Source: Myxococcota bacterium
GTDB lineage: Bacteria > Myxococcota_A > UBA796 > SXON01
Direction of reading: 5' to 3'
NCBI GenBank assembly: GCA_040386535.1
Contig: JAZKFH010000027.1
Coordinates: forward strand, 102,548-166,547
Length of the DNA: 64,000 bases
Shown piece after piece: positions 51,140-59,857 of this stretch. The position numbers and the translations under genes are program-made. Under the pieces are notes generated by a model. The model saw nothing but the letters and a program-made list of their open reading frames with translations, was not told where the DNA came from and searched no databases. Within the stretch, counting starts at the first letter, position 1; every line of letters begins with the position of its first letter.

Positions 51140-52603
51140 ATGTCCTGGGAGGAAGAGGTCGCGATTCTGCTGCGGTCGTTGTTCGCGGAGGACGACGACC
51201 TGCGCCGGCTCGTGAAGACCGGCCCCGAGGGCGAGCGCCTCGCGGGGGATCTGCCCCAGGGGGACGCGTCCCTGAACGACCTCGCGCGCGCGACCGTCGA
51301 TCTGTACGACGCGAACGGGCTCCTCGACGCGGCCTTCTTCGACCGGCTGGTGGCGGCGAAGCCGGGGCGCGAGCCCGACATCCGGGCGGTGGCGGCGAAG
51401 CGGCCGGTGGGCGTCGTGACGCGCGTGGACTCGTGGCTGGACCCATGGCGCGCGCGGATGCGCCCGTGGCTCGATCGCCTGCCGCGGCCCGTCCGCGTGT
51501 CCGCGGCCCGCGCGTGGCGCTTCCGGCTCGCCATCGCGCTCGTCTGGGCGATGGTGGGGTGGATGAGCCCGCTCGACGCCGTCGTGCCGCTGGTGTTCGC
51601 GCGGGTCATCGGCCCGCGGGTGTCGGTGGAGGATGTCGTGGTGGTGGGCTTCGACGGCGGCGCCGCCCCTTCCGACACGGCTGCCGGCGCGGCCGCCGAG
51701 GAGGAGGCCGTCGCGACCCGGCGGGCCCGCTTCGCCGACGTGATCACCACCGCTGTTGCCCGCGGCGCGCGGGTGGTCGTGTTCGATGTCGCGATGACGA
51801 AGGCGCGCCCGGAGGTCGACCCGGCGCTCGCGACAGCCATCACCGCGGCGCGGGAGAAGGGGACGCGGGTGGTGCTCGCCGGGCGCCTCGTCGCGGACGG
51901 CGCGGGCGGGATCGCGCTCGGCGGGCCGGGCACGTCGGCGCTCGCGGACGCCGCGATCATCGGGTGGCCGGAGCTCTCGACGGCGTTCGGGCACACGTTC
52001 CCGGTGGGCGCGCGGCCATCCTGGGGAGACGCGGGCGGCGAGCGCTGGCAGCTCGCGGTCGCCGGCCTCGCGGGCTGGCACCAGTTCGGGCGCACGACCG
52101 CGCCGTCGCCGCCCGAGCTGCGGGACGGCCTGTGGAGCGACCAGCTCTGCGTCGAGGGGGACTGCAACCCGGTCGACACCGGCGTGCTCCTCTTGCCGCA
52201 CGTGGCCGCGGTGACCCCCGTGCCCTTCGACGATGTGTCGGCGTGGCCGGCGGACCTGTCCAACCACGCGGTGTTTGTCGGCGACGTGGGCCCGCGCGAC
52301 CGCTTCGCGACGCTGACGGGCACGTTGCCGGGCGTGGTGCTCCACGCCCAGCTGTTCGCGGCGCTCAAGGACGAACGGTGCCTCCGCATGGTGCCGTGGG
52401 CCGTCAACGCGCTGGTGGTCGTGCTGGTGGCGGTCGCGATGCGTCGGGTCGCGCCCGCGCTCAAGCAGCCGTGGCACGCCCCCGCGGTGGTGGGCGCTGT
52501 CTGGCTCGTGTTGTTCGTGACGCTCGGCCTCTCGGGGTGGTGGCTCGCGCCGATCCCGGCGGTCCTGGCGCTGGTGCTCGGGCGCGCGGAGCGTGTCTCG
52601 TGA
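51140..52603 (+). CDS. EAD-like domain + TM + CHASE2 + 3 TM receptor lacking a C-terminal output domain
   Basis: CHASE2 motifs 'VVVVGFD', 'GARVVVFDV', 'DPALATAI..VVLA' and 'VFVG...DRFAT..GTLPGVVLHAQ'. Three terminal TMs, then stop. GGAG RBS. Confidence 0.8.
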   Translation: MSWEEEVAILLRSLFAEDDDLRRLVKTGPEGERLAGDLPQGDASLNDLARATVDLYDANGLLDAAFFDRLVAAKPGREPDIRAVAAKRPVGVVTRVDSWLDPWRARMRPWLDRLPRPVRVSAARAWRFRLAIALVWAMVGWMSPLDAVVPLVFARVIGPRVSVEDVVVVGFDGGAAPSDTAAGAAAEEEAVATRRARFADVITTAVARGARVVVFDVAMTKARPEVDPALATAITAAREKGTRVVLAGRLVADGAGGIALGGPGTSALADAAIIGWPELSTAFGHTFPVGARPSWGDAGGERWQLAVAGLAGWHQFGRTTAPSPPELRDGLWSDQLCVEGDCNPVDTGVLLLPHVAAVTPVPFDDVSAWPADLSNHAVFVGDVGPRDRFATLTGTLPGVVLHAQLFAALKDERCLRMVPWAVNALVVVLVAVAMRRVAPALKQPWHAPAVVGAVWLVLFVTLGLSGWWLAPIPAVLALVLGRAERVS

Positions 52604-53697
52604 TCGCGATCCTCCTCGCGCTGATCGCTCCGGCGTACGCGAACGGGCACGTCGTCTCCGTGAAGCCCGTGAGCGGGGGCGCGGGCGCCACGCAGGCCGT
52701 GGTGGGGAGAGCGGGCGCGGAGCAGGCCGCCATGGCGAAGCTCGCGGTCGCGACGGGCGACACGGTGCGCACCGGCGCGGCGTGGGTGACCGTGGAGCTC
52801 GACGGGTGCGGCACGCTCGTGATCGCGCCCGACAGCGAGGTCGTCGTCGCGCGGTGCTCCGTGGAGCAGCTCACCGGCAACGTGTTCTACCGGGTGCAGC
52901 GCTTTTTCCGGGTGCGGTTCGGCTCGGTGGAGGCCGTCGTCGAGGGCACCACCTTCTCCGTCTGGGCGCACGGTGCCTCGGAACAGGGCACCGACTCGAC
53001 CGGCGTGCACGTGACCGTCCGGAGCGGCGTGGTGCGCGTGCGCGAGCTGGACACGGCAGCCGGAGGGCCGGTGGCCGTGGAGAAGGGACAGACCGTGCGG
53101 ATCCCCGACGGGGGCAGCGCCGCGCATCCGAACGACCTGGCCTTGGTGCCGTCCGACACGCCGGGCTGGCTCCGGCCGGTGTTGCCCCCCGACGCCGAGC
53201 CCACGCCGCCCGCGTGGTCAGAGGCGCTCGCCGAGGGGTGGGCGCTGCTCAAAGCGGCTCCGGTGGTCGCGATCCCGCCCGTCGTGGCGGCAGGGATGTC
53301 CGTGTCGGCGCGGGATCTGCGCGGGAGCGCCTGGGCGGCGCCAGAGGCGTGGGTGCGCGTGGACATCGCGAAGGTGTGGTCGGTGGAGGGCCGGTTCGGC
53401 GTCCCCACCGATTTTTCCCACCTTCACCTCGGCGGCACGATCAGCGGGGCGCGGTGGTTCGGCCCGATCGAGTTCGGCCCCGCGGTGGTGCTGGCGGCGG
53501 CCCCCCACCAGGCGACCGCGTGCGACGATCCCAGCGCCATCGAGCTCATCGGCGGGGGCGGCGTGCGCGTCGGCGCCCGCGCGCGGCTGGGCCACCTGGA
53601 GCTGCGCGCCGACGTGACGGCGGGGCTGGTGACGCCGGGCACGACCGGCCGTGTGGAGTACCTCGATGCCGGGGTGGGGGTGGGGCTTGCGTTCTGA
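52600..53697 (+). CDS. FecR-domain protein with C-terminal outer-membrane beta-barrel-like region
   Basis: Signal peptide and FecR-like 'GDTVRTG...IAPDSEV...VEGTTFSV...VRSGVVRV...KGQ'. Amphipathic strands end in Phe (VGVGLAF). GTGA overlap with the CHASE2 gene. Confidence 0.75.
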   Translation: MIAILLALIAPAYANGHVVSVKPVSGGAGATQAVVGRAGAEQAAMAKLAVATGDTVRTGAAWVTVELDGCGTLVIAPDSEVVVARCSVEQLTGNVFYRVQRFFRVRFGSVEAVVEGTTFSVWAHGASEQGTDSTGVHVTVRSGVVRVRELDTAAGGPVAVEKGQTVRIPDGGSAAHPNDLALVPSDTPGWLRPVLPPDAEPTPPAWSEALAEGWALLKAAPVVAIPPVVAAGMSVSARDLRGSAWAAPEAWVRVDIAKVWSVEGRFGVPTDFSHLHLGGTISGARWFGPIEFGPAVVLAAAPHQATACDDPSAIELIGGGGVRVGARARLGHLELRADVTAGLVTPGTTGRVEYLDAGVGVGLAF

Positions 53698-55087
53698 CCT
53701 GTGTTCTGACCGGAAGGGGACTGCCCTCGCGGGCATCGTGGCGGTCGCGACGGTCGCCGGGCTCGTCGGCACCGCCGGCGCGGTCGACGTGGTCGATCTC
53801 GGCGCGGTGGCGACCGACACGGGCAGCACCATCGGCGATTGGGGCCTGCTGGTGGAGGACCTCGACGACGACGGCGCGGCCGATGTCGCGGTCACCAGCA
53901 AACGTTTCGGCACCGGCGCCGTCACGCTCGTGCTCGACGCGTGGAACACGCCCACGCTCCGCCGCCTGACCACCTACGAGGACGGCGCGTTCGCGATCGC
54001 GGCGACCGCGTGGGGCGGCGACGCGGACCGCGGCGGCACCGATCTCGTGGTGACGGTCCCGAGCGCCGAGCTCGTGTGGATCGACTCGGTAGAGGGCGAC
54101 ACGGGCGACGGCACGGTCGAGGCCTTCGCCGACCTCGGCTTCGTGACGGCGGGCGAGGGCGCCTCGATGGCGGCGCTGGATGTCGGCTCGGCTACCGGCG
54201 GGCCCGACGGCGCCGCCGAGCTGCTCCTCGCGGCCCCGGACGACGATGTCCTCTCGGTCGCCTACAACGGCACCACCACGGCCACGGGCGCGTGGGCGGC
54301 CGACGGCCTCGGCGCCGTGCTCGCGGCCTTCGACGTCGCGGGCGCGCCGCGGGTGCTCGCCTCCTCCTGCTCGCGGGTGGACACGCTGGGGCGCACCTGC
54401 CTCGACGAGCCGCGCCTGTACTACTTCTCCGGGGTGCCCCCGAGCGCCGACGTGGTCCCCGCGGACACGGTGTCGGACGCGTGGGCCCTGGGCCTGCCGG
54501 ACACCCTCCCGCGCGACGTGGTGGTGCTCCAGGACGGCGACGCCACGCGGATCGTGTGGCCGGTGGGGCTCGAGATCTACCTCATCGACGTGGTCGACGG
54601 CGGGCTGGCCCTCGCCGGGGTGTGGACCACCGAGTCCCCGGCGTCCGCGGCGCGGCTCGGGTGCGCGGCCGGCGGCGACTGGCTCGCGATCGGCGTGGGC
54701 GGGCTCGTGTACCTCGTCGATCCGTGGACCACGGCGTCCGGCGACGTGCCCGCCCTCGCCACGGAGAGCCTCGCGCTCGGCGGGTCGACCGTGCGGATGG
54801 CCACCGGCCGGATCGACGGAGACCTTGTCGACGACGTGGTCGTCGCGACGAGCGGAAACCGCCTCGAAGCGGTGGTCGCGTGCGCGGCGGGGCCCGACTG
54901 GGAGGAGCCGGACACCGACACGGACACCGAGACGGGCGAGACCGACGAGACGGCCGCCCCGGACGACACCGGCGAGACCGGGATCGTCGGGGACGCGGCC
55001 CCGTTCGGCTGGGCGTGCGGGCAATGTGATCCGCGCGCCCTCGCCTTCGTGGCCTTCGCCTTGGCGTTGCGGCGGAAGCGGAGGTAG
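53687..55087 (+). CDS. FG-GAP/VCBS-like surface protein with MYXO-CTERM-like tail
   Basis: 'DLDDDGAADVAV' and 'GRIDGDLVDDVVV' repeats, a DT-rich stalk and a C-terminal 'GWACGQC...AFVAFALALRRKRR'. Start uncertain. Confidence 0.7.
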   Translation: MRSDLCSDRKGTALAGIVAVATVAGLVGTAGAVDVVDLGAVATDTGSTIGDWGLLVEDLDDDGAADVAVTSKRFGTGAVTLVLDAWNTPTLRRLTTYEDGAFAIAATAWGGDADRGGTDLVVTVPSAELVWIDSVEGDTGDGTVEAFADLGFVTAGEGASMAALDVGSATGGPDGAAELLLAAPDDDVLSVAYNGTTTATGAWAADGLGAVLAAFDVAGAPRVLASSCSRVDTLGRTCLDEPRLYYFSGVPPSADVVPADTVSDAWALGLPDTLPRDVVVLQDGDATRIVWPVGLEIYLIDVVDGGLALAGVWTTESPASAARLGCAAGGDWLAIGVGGLVYLVDPWTTASGDVPALATESLALGGSTVRMATGRIDGDLVDDVVVATSGNRLEAVVACAAGPDWEEPDTDTDTETGETDETAAPDDTGETGIVGDAAPFGWACGQCDPRALAFVAFALALRRKRR

Positions 55088-55096
55088 GTCCCCCGG

Positions 55097-57277
55097 ATGG
55101 CCTCTCCCTCCGTGCGTCGCGCCCTCCGGATCTCCGTCGGCCTCGTCGGCCTCGTGCTCGCCACGGCCGCTGTCACCGAGCTCGTTTGCGCCGTGGGGCA
55201 GGACCGCGCCTTTCCCCACGTGAACTTCTACGTGCCCGACGTCGAGCTCGGCGTGCGCCTCGAGCCCTTCGCCGAGGAGCGCATCTCGTTCTCCGACAAC
55301 CCGGTGACGACGATCCGCACGAACGCCCTCGGCTACCGCGGCGGGGACTGGGGGGCGCCCTCCGAGCTCGAAGGCGGCGAGCTCGAGCGGGGCCGCGGCG
55401 AGGTGTTGGTCGTGGGCGACTCGCAGGTGTTCGGCCTGGGCGTCGAGGAGGAGGAGACAGCCACCGCCGAGGTGGGGCGCCTGCTCGGGCGGCCCGCGCG
55501 CAACGGCGGCGTGCCGACGTACGGGCCCGCCGAGTACCTCGCGGTCGTCAAGGAGGTGCTCGCCGCGCGCCCCGTGCAGGACGTGGTGCTCGTGCTGAAC
55601 GCCTCGAACGACTTCTTCGAGCGCGACCGCCCCAACCGCGAACGCCACGCCGTGTGGGACGGGTGGGCGGTGCGCATCGAGACCGCGCCCGCCACGATCA
55701 CCAACTTCCCGGGCCGCCGGTGGCTGTTCCAGGAGTCGCACGCCGTTTTCGCGTGGCGACGCTGGCGCCACGCCGCGGCCAACCCCGGCGAGGTGCTGCC
55801 CGACGCGGGCCTCCCCTCCGAGGGCAACCCCGCGGACCTCGCGCCGATCGCGCGCGAGCAGGCCGCCACGTTGTCCGCCGCCGAAACGGAGCGTCGCAAG
55901 GCAGACGTGCAGGAGGCGGAGACCATGCTCGCCGCGGCGCGCGCGCAGGACGCCTCGGAGGTGCAGCGCATGCTGCTCCAGGCCCTCATCTACACGGGCG
56001 AGCAGGACAGCAGTACGGACGACACGCTCGGGCTCCAGGGGCTCATCAACAAGGCCCATCCCGGCGACATCGTGTCCGATCAGTACGCCGAGGGCGGCCG
56101 CCGCATCACGTTGACCGCGGCCCACCTCGAGCAGGGCGCCGCGTTGCGCCGGACGCTCGTGCCCCGCCTGGAGGCGTGGCTCCGCACCGCCCCGGCTGAT
56201 GCCTACGACCGCGACATGGTGAAGGAGGCGCTCGCGGCGCTCAAGGCCACCCGCGCGCCGCCGATCAAGGGGGACACGGTCGGGGCCGTCGGCGCGCCCG
56301 AGTCGCCGTTCCACGCGTTGTTCCTCGAGGCCGCGGCGCTCTGCGAGGCCCATGGCGCCGCGCTCACCGTGGTGATCCTGCCGCTCGACGTGCAGGTGTC
56401 CGCGACCGAGTGGGCCAAGTACGGCGCCGAGCCCGTGCCGATGGAGGAGAGCATCGCGCTCAACCGCGAGGTCGCGCGGGACGCCGCGGCGCTCGGGCTC
56501 CGCGTGGTCGATCCGACCGAGGCGCTCCGCACGGCCGAGCCCGGCGCGTTTCTCGACGGCGATCTGCACCTGTCCCCCAAGGGCCAGGCGGTGCTCGGCG
56601 CCCAGATCGCGAAGGCGCTCGCAGCCCCCGCGCCCGTGAAGTGGCCGGGGAGCGGCCTGCCGGAGGGCCGTAGCCGCGTGCCGCTGATGGAGGAGTGGGA
56701 GAACGCGGCCGAGGTGCCCCTGGCGCGGGCCACCAAGAGTGGGTGCGTCGCCACGCGGGTGCGCGAGTGGGTCCGCGTTCGTTGCGACTCATCGGTCCTG
56801 GCGCTGGCCGTGGTGGAGGCCCCCGAGGAGACCTGGACCCGCCTGGACGCACCCGGCCCGGCCACGATCCAGTTCCCCGATCTCCCCGGCCGCACCGTGG
56901 TCGTCGATCTGCTCGGCGCGAGCAGCGGGCACCAGCTCCGCTTCGCCGACGGCACGGGCGGGATGACGGTCCTCGCCACCGGCGCGCCCCCCGCGCCCCC
57001 CGGAGCGGGGATGCCCGAGGAGGCCGCCTTCGCCGATCCGTGGCCGGGCTGCCCCGCGCCAGGGTGGAGCTGGGTGGGTGACGTCGAGGCCGGCTGCGAG
57101 GGGACCTGCGAGGAGGTGCTCGCCTGCGCCGACGGCCGCCGCACCGTGCTCCCCGTGTGCGCCCTCGGCGAGGCCAACGCGGGCGCGTCCGGTCACTGCT
57201 TCGCCCTCTGCGACGACGCCCACCCCTGCACCTCCGGGGTGTGCACGCCCTGGCAGGGCAGCGGCGTGTGCCTCTGA
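55097..57277 (+). CDS. SGNH/GDSL hydrolase-like (AlgJ/AlgX-type) protein with Cys-rich C-terminus
   Basis: Blocks 'VVGDSQVFG', 'NGGVPTYG', 'ASNDF' and 'DLHLSPKG', with an N-terminal TM. Confidence 0.8.
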   Translation: MASPSVRRALRISVGLVGLVLATAAVTELVCAVGQDRAFPHVNFYVPDVELGVRLEPFAEERISFSDNPVTTIRTNALGYRGGDWGAPSELEGGELERGRGEVLVVGDSQVFGLGVEEEETATAEVGRLLGRPARNGGVPTYGPAEYLAVVKEVLAARPVQDVVLVLNASNDFFERDRPNRERHAVWDGWAVRIETAPATITNFPGRRWLFQESHAVFAWRRWRHAAANPGEVLPDAGLPSEGNPADLAPIAREQAATLSAAETERRKADVQEAETMLAAARAQDASEVQRMLLQALIYTGEQDSSTDDTLGLQGLINKAHPGDIVSDQYAEGGRRITLTAAHLEQGAALRRTLVPRLEAWLRTAPADAYDRDMVKEALAALKATRAPPIKGDTVGAVGAPESPFHALFLEAAALCEAHGAALTVVILPLDVQVSATEWAKYGAEPVPMEESIALNREVARDAAALGLRVVDPTEALRTAEPGAFLDGDLHLSPKGQAVLGAQIAKALAAPAPVKWPGSGLPEGRSRVPLMEEWENAAEVPLARATKSGCVATRVREWVRVRCDSSVLALAVVEAPEETWTRLDAPGPATIQFPDLPGRTVVVDLLGASSGHQLRFADGTGGMTVLATGAPPAPPGAGMPEEAAFADPWPGCPAPGWSWVGDVEAGCEGTCEEVLACADGRRTVLPVCALGEANAGASGHCFALCDDAHPCTSGVCTPWQGSGVCL

Positions 57278-57390
57278 CAGCGCTCCGGCGCTGGGGCTGG
57301 CTGCTGCTCCCCGTCGTGCTCGGGGTGGTGCTGGCGCTGGGCCTGATGTGGGCGAGCCCGCGGGGCGGAGCGGGCTACACGCCGTTCTGA
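57268..57390 (+). CDS. Small single-TM peptide (40 aa, DUF5989-like)
   Basis: 'RRWGWLLLPVVLGVVLALGLMWA...YTPF'. GTG start overlaps the end of the SGNH gene. Confidence 0.5.
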   Translation: MPLTALRRWGWLLLPVVLGVVLALGLMWASPRGGAGYTPF

Positions 57391-57397
57391 GCCGCGC

Positions 57398-59785
57398 CTA
57401 CCGGACGCCGAGCAGCACGTAGATCGCGCCGCCGCTGCTCGCCACGGTGTCGACGCCGCTCGCGCCGAGCAACAGGTCGTCCGTGCCGTCCGCATCGAGG
57501 TCGCCGCCCGCCGCGAGGCCCGCTCCCAGCGCGTCGCCGGCGGCCGCGCCGGTGATCGACACGTCCGCGTCGGTGCTGTCCAGCGCGCCGGTCCAGCCGC
57601 CGCCGAGGAACAGGTAGACGGCGCCAGCGTTGCTCGCGGTCGTGTCGTCGCCGCTCGCGCCGATGGCGAGGTCGTCGATGCCGTCGTCGTCGAGATCGGA
57701 CGCCGTCGCGAGCGCGCTGGCGAAGCTGTTGGCGGTGCCGCTCCACACGGCGTCCGCGTCGGTCACGTCCACGCCGCCCGCGGCGCCGAGCAGATCGAAG
57801 AACACGTAGGCCTGGCCGCTCGTGTTCGACGAGAGCGCGAGGTCGAGCGTGCTGTCCCCGTCGAGGTCGCCGGGGGTCGGGAGGGGGTCCCCGCCGAGGC
57901 CCTGGGAGACGGTCGTGCCGAAGACCGTGGTGTAGGCGGCCACGTCCGCGCGGTCGCTCGCCCAGCTGGTCGCGCCGCCGAGGAAGACGTACACGGCACC
58001 GCCGTTGGACACGCCGTCGTCGCTGCCGGAGGCGCCGGCGAGCAGATCGGCGTAGCCGTCTCCCGTCACGTCGCCGATGGCGAGGCTCGTGCCGAGGTAG
58101 TCGTAGTCCTCGGCGCCCCAGATCTGGTCGTCCGCATCGTTGATGTCGTAGCCGCCCGCGAAGCTCCCGCCGCCGAACACCGCGATGTTCCCGACGTAGT
58201 AGTCGGCGGTCCACGTGCTCGTGTTGTAGCTCTCGAAGATCGTGCCGGTGACCCACTCGGCGGCCCCGTCTCCGTCGATGTCGCCGGCCACCGACCACCG
58301 CACCACGTCGAAGTCGGAGTCGCCCAGGACGTAGGCGGTGTAGCCGGTCGTCAGGTCGGTCGTGCCGGACGCGTCGTCGCCGTCGAGCAGGATGGCGCCG
58401 CCCTGGTAGGTGCTCACGCCGTTGAGGAGCACGTCCGCTGTGCTGTCGCCGGTCACATCCACCATCGGCCCGGACACGTAGGCGGGCGGGTAGGTGGACG
58501 ACGCGTAGAGGTAGGCGGTGTCGTAGTTCTCGATGGTGCTCGCGGCGCCGAGCGCGTCGACTCCGCGCACGACCCAGGCCGCGCCGTAGGTGGGCGCCGC
58601 GGTCACGGCCACGAGATCGTCCCCCCCGTCGCCGTCGAGATCCCCGCCCAGCGCCAGCGTGTGGCTCGCGCCGAGCGCGTTGTTGGTCGACGAGCCGTAC
58701 ATCACGCCGCTGTGCACGGAGCCGACCGCGAGCTCGTCGATCGCACCGTCACAGTCGTCGTCGCGTCCGTTCCACTTCTCCGCGGTCGCGGCCCCGATCG
58801 TCGCGTCGGTGTCGTCACAGTCGACGCCGTAGCGGGTCCCGTCGGCGTCCTGATCGGAGTCGTCGTTGCCCGCGCAGTCGCTGTCCACGCCGTCGTACCA
58901 GCGGTCGGGGGCGCCGGGGTACACGAGCGCGTCGTCGTCGTTGCAGTCGGCGGGGTGGTCGTGCCCGTCGAGGTCGCGGTCGAAGTCCGAGGCGCCGTCA
59001 CAGTCCTGGTCCACCCCGTCGTACCAGGTGTCCGAGGCGCCCGGGAACACCGCCGGATCCGTGTCGTCACAGTCGGCGCCGAACTGCACGTCGTCCGCGT
59101 CCTGGTCGAAGTCGTCATCCCCGGCGCAGTCCGCGTCGATCCCGTCGTACCAGACCTCGGGCGCCCCGGGGAACACGGCGGCGTCGGTGTCGTCGCAGTC
59201 CGTGTCGCGCGGCGCGCCGTCGGCGTCCTGGTCGTAGTCGTCCCCACCCAGGCAGTCCTGATCGACGCCGTCGTACCAGACCTCCGGGGCGCCCGGCTGG
59301 GCGTCGGGCGCCTGATCGTCGCAATCGGCGCCACCGCTCGCGACGCTCCCGACGCCGTCCCCGTCGGCGTCCTCCTGCACGAGCGCCGCGAGCGACACCA
59401 CCACCACGCCCCCGGAGCCGCCGTTGTCCGTGAGGGTGACCGCGGCGGCATGATCGCCGAAGGTCGCGGGCGCGAGCGTCATCGTGAGGAAGGTGGCCTC
59501 GCCCGCCGCCGGCGACGCGTTGTCGAGCGTGAGCGTCCACGCGCTCGCGAACCCCGCGGCCACGTTGGTGCTCAGCGCGAGGGGGGCGGTGCCGATGTTC
59601 TCCACCACGAAGGTGGCGGTGGCGGTGTTTCCGACGAACACGATGCCCAGGTCGGCCACCGCGGGCGCCACGCGGAGGTCACCCGACACGAGCTCGTCCG
59701 GGCCCGTGTCTCCCGGCTTTCCCCCGAAGTCGACCACGAGGGGCGAACAACCGGCGAGAACGAGGAGCGCGAGCAGGCGGGGCAT
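57398..59785 (-). CDS. Lipoprotein with Ig-like domain, MopE-like metal-binding repeats and FG-GAP repeats
   Basis: Lipobox LAG|C, five 'DCDDxDxxVxPGAxExWYDGxDxDCxG'-type repeats and 'GDxDGDGxxDLxxGA...GAVY' repeats. GGAGG RBS. Confidence 0.88.
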   Translation of the reverse strand: MPRLLALLVLAGCSPLVVDFGGKPGDTGPDELVSGDLRVAPAVADLGIVFVGNTATATFVVENIGTAPLALSTNVAAGFASAWTLTLDNASPAAGEATFLTMTLAPATFGDHAAAVTLTDNGGSGGVVVVSLAALVQEDADGDGVGSVASGGADCDDQAPDAQPGAPEVWYDGVDQDCLGGDDYDQDADGAPRDTDCDDTDAAVFPGAPEVWYDGIDADCAGDDDFDQDADDVQFGADCDDTDPAVFPGASDTWYDGVDQDCDGASDFDRDLDGHDHPADCNDDDALVYPGAPDRWYDGVDSDCAGNDDSDQDADGTRYGVDCDDTDATIGAATAEKWNGRDDDCDGAIDELAVGSVHSGVMYGSSTNNALGASHTLALGGDLDGDGGDDLVAVTAAPTYGAAWVVRGVDALGAASTIENYDTAYLYASSTYPPAYVSGPMVDVTGDSTADVLLNGVSTYQGGAILLDGDDASGTTDLTTGYTAYVLGDSDFDVVRWSVAGDIDGDGAAEWVTGTIFESYNTSTWTADYYVGNIAVFGGGSFAGGYDINDADDQIWGAEDYDYLGTSLAIGDVTGDGYADLLAGASGSDDGVSNGGAVYVFLGGATSWASDRADVAAYTTVFGTTVSQGLGGDPLPTPGDLDGDSTLDLALSSNTSGQAYVFFDLLGAAGGVDVTDADAVWSGTANSFASALATASDLDDDGIDDLAIGASGDDTTASNAGAVYLFLGGGWTGALDSTDADVSITGAAAGDALGAGLAAGGDLDADGTDDLLLGASGVDTVASSGGAIYVLLGVR

Positions 59786-59857
59786 GGGTCCTCCGAGGCG
59801 CGAACCTGACCCAGCGTACTCGACCCTGTCCCGACCCGCCCTATTGGCGAGCTTTCA

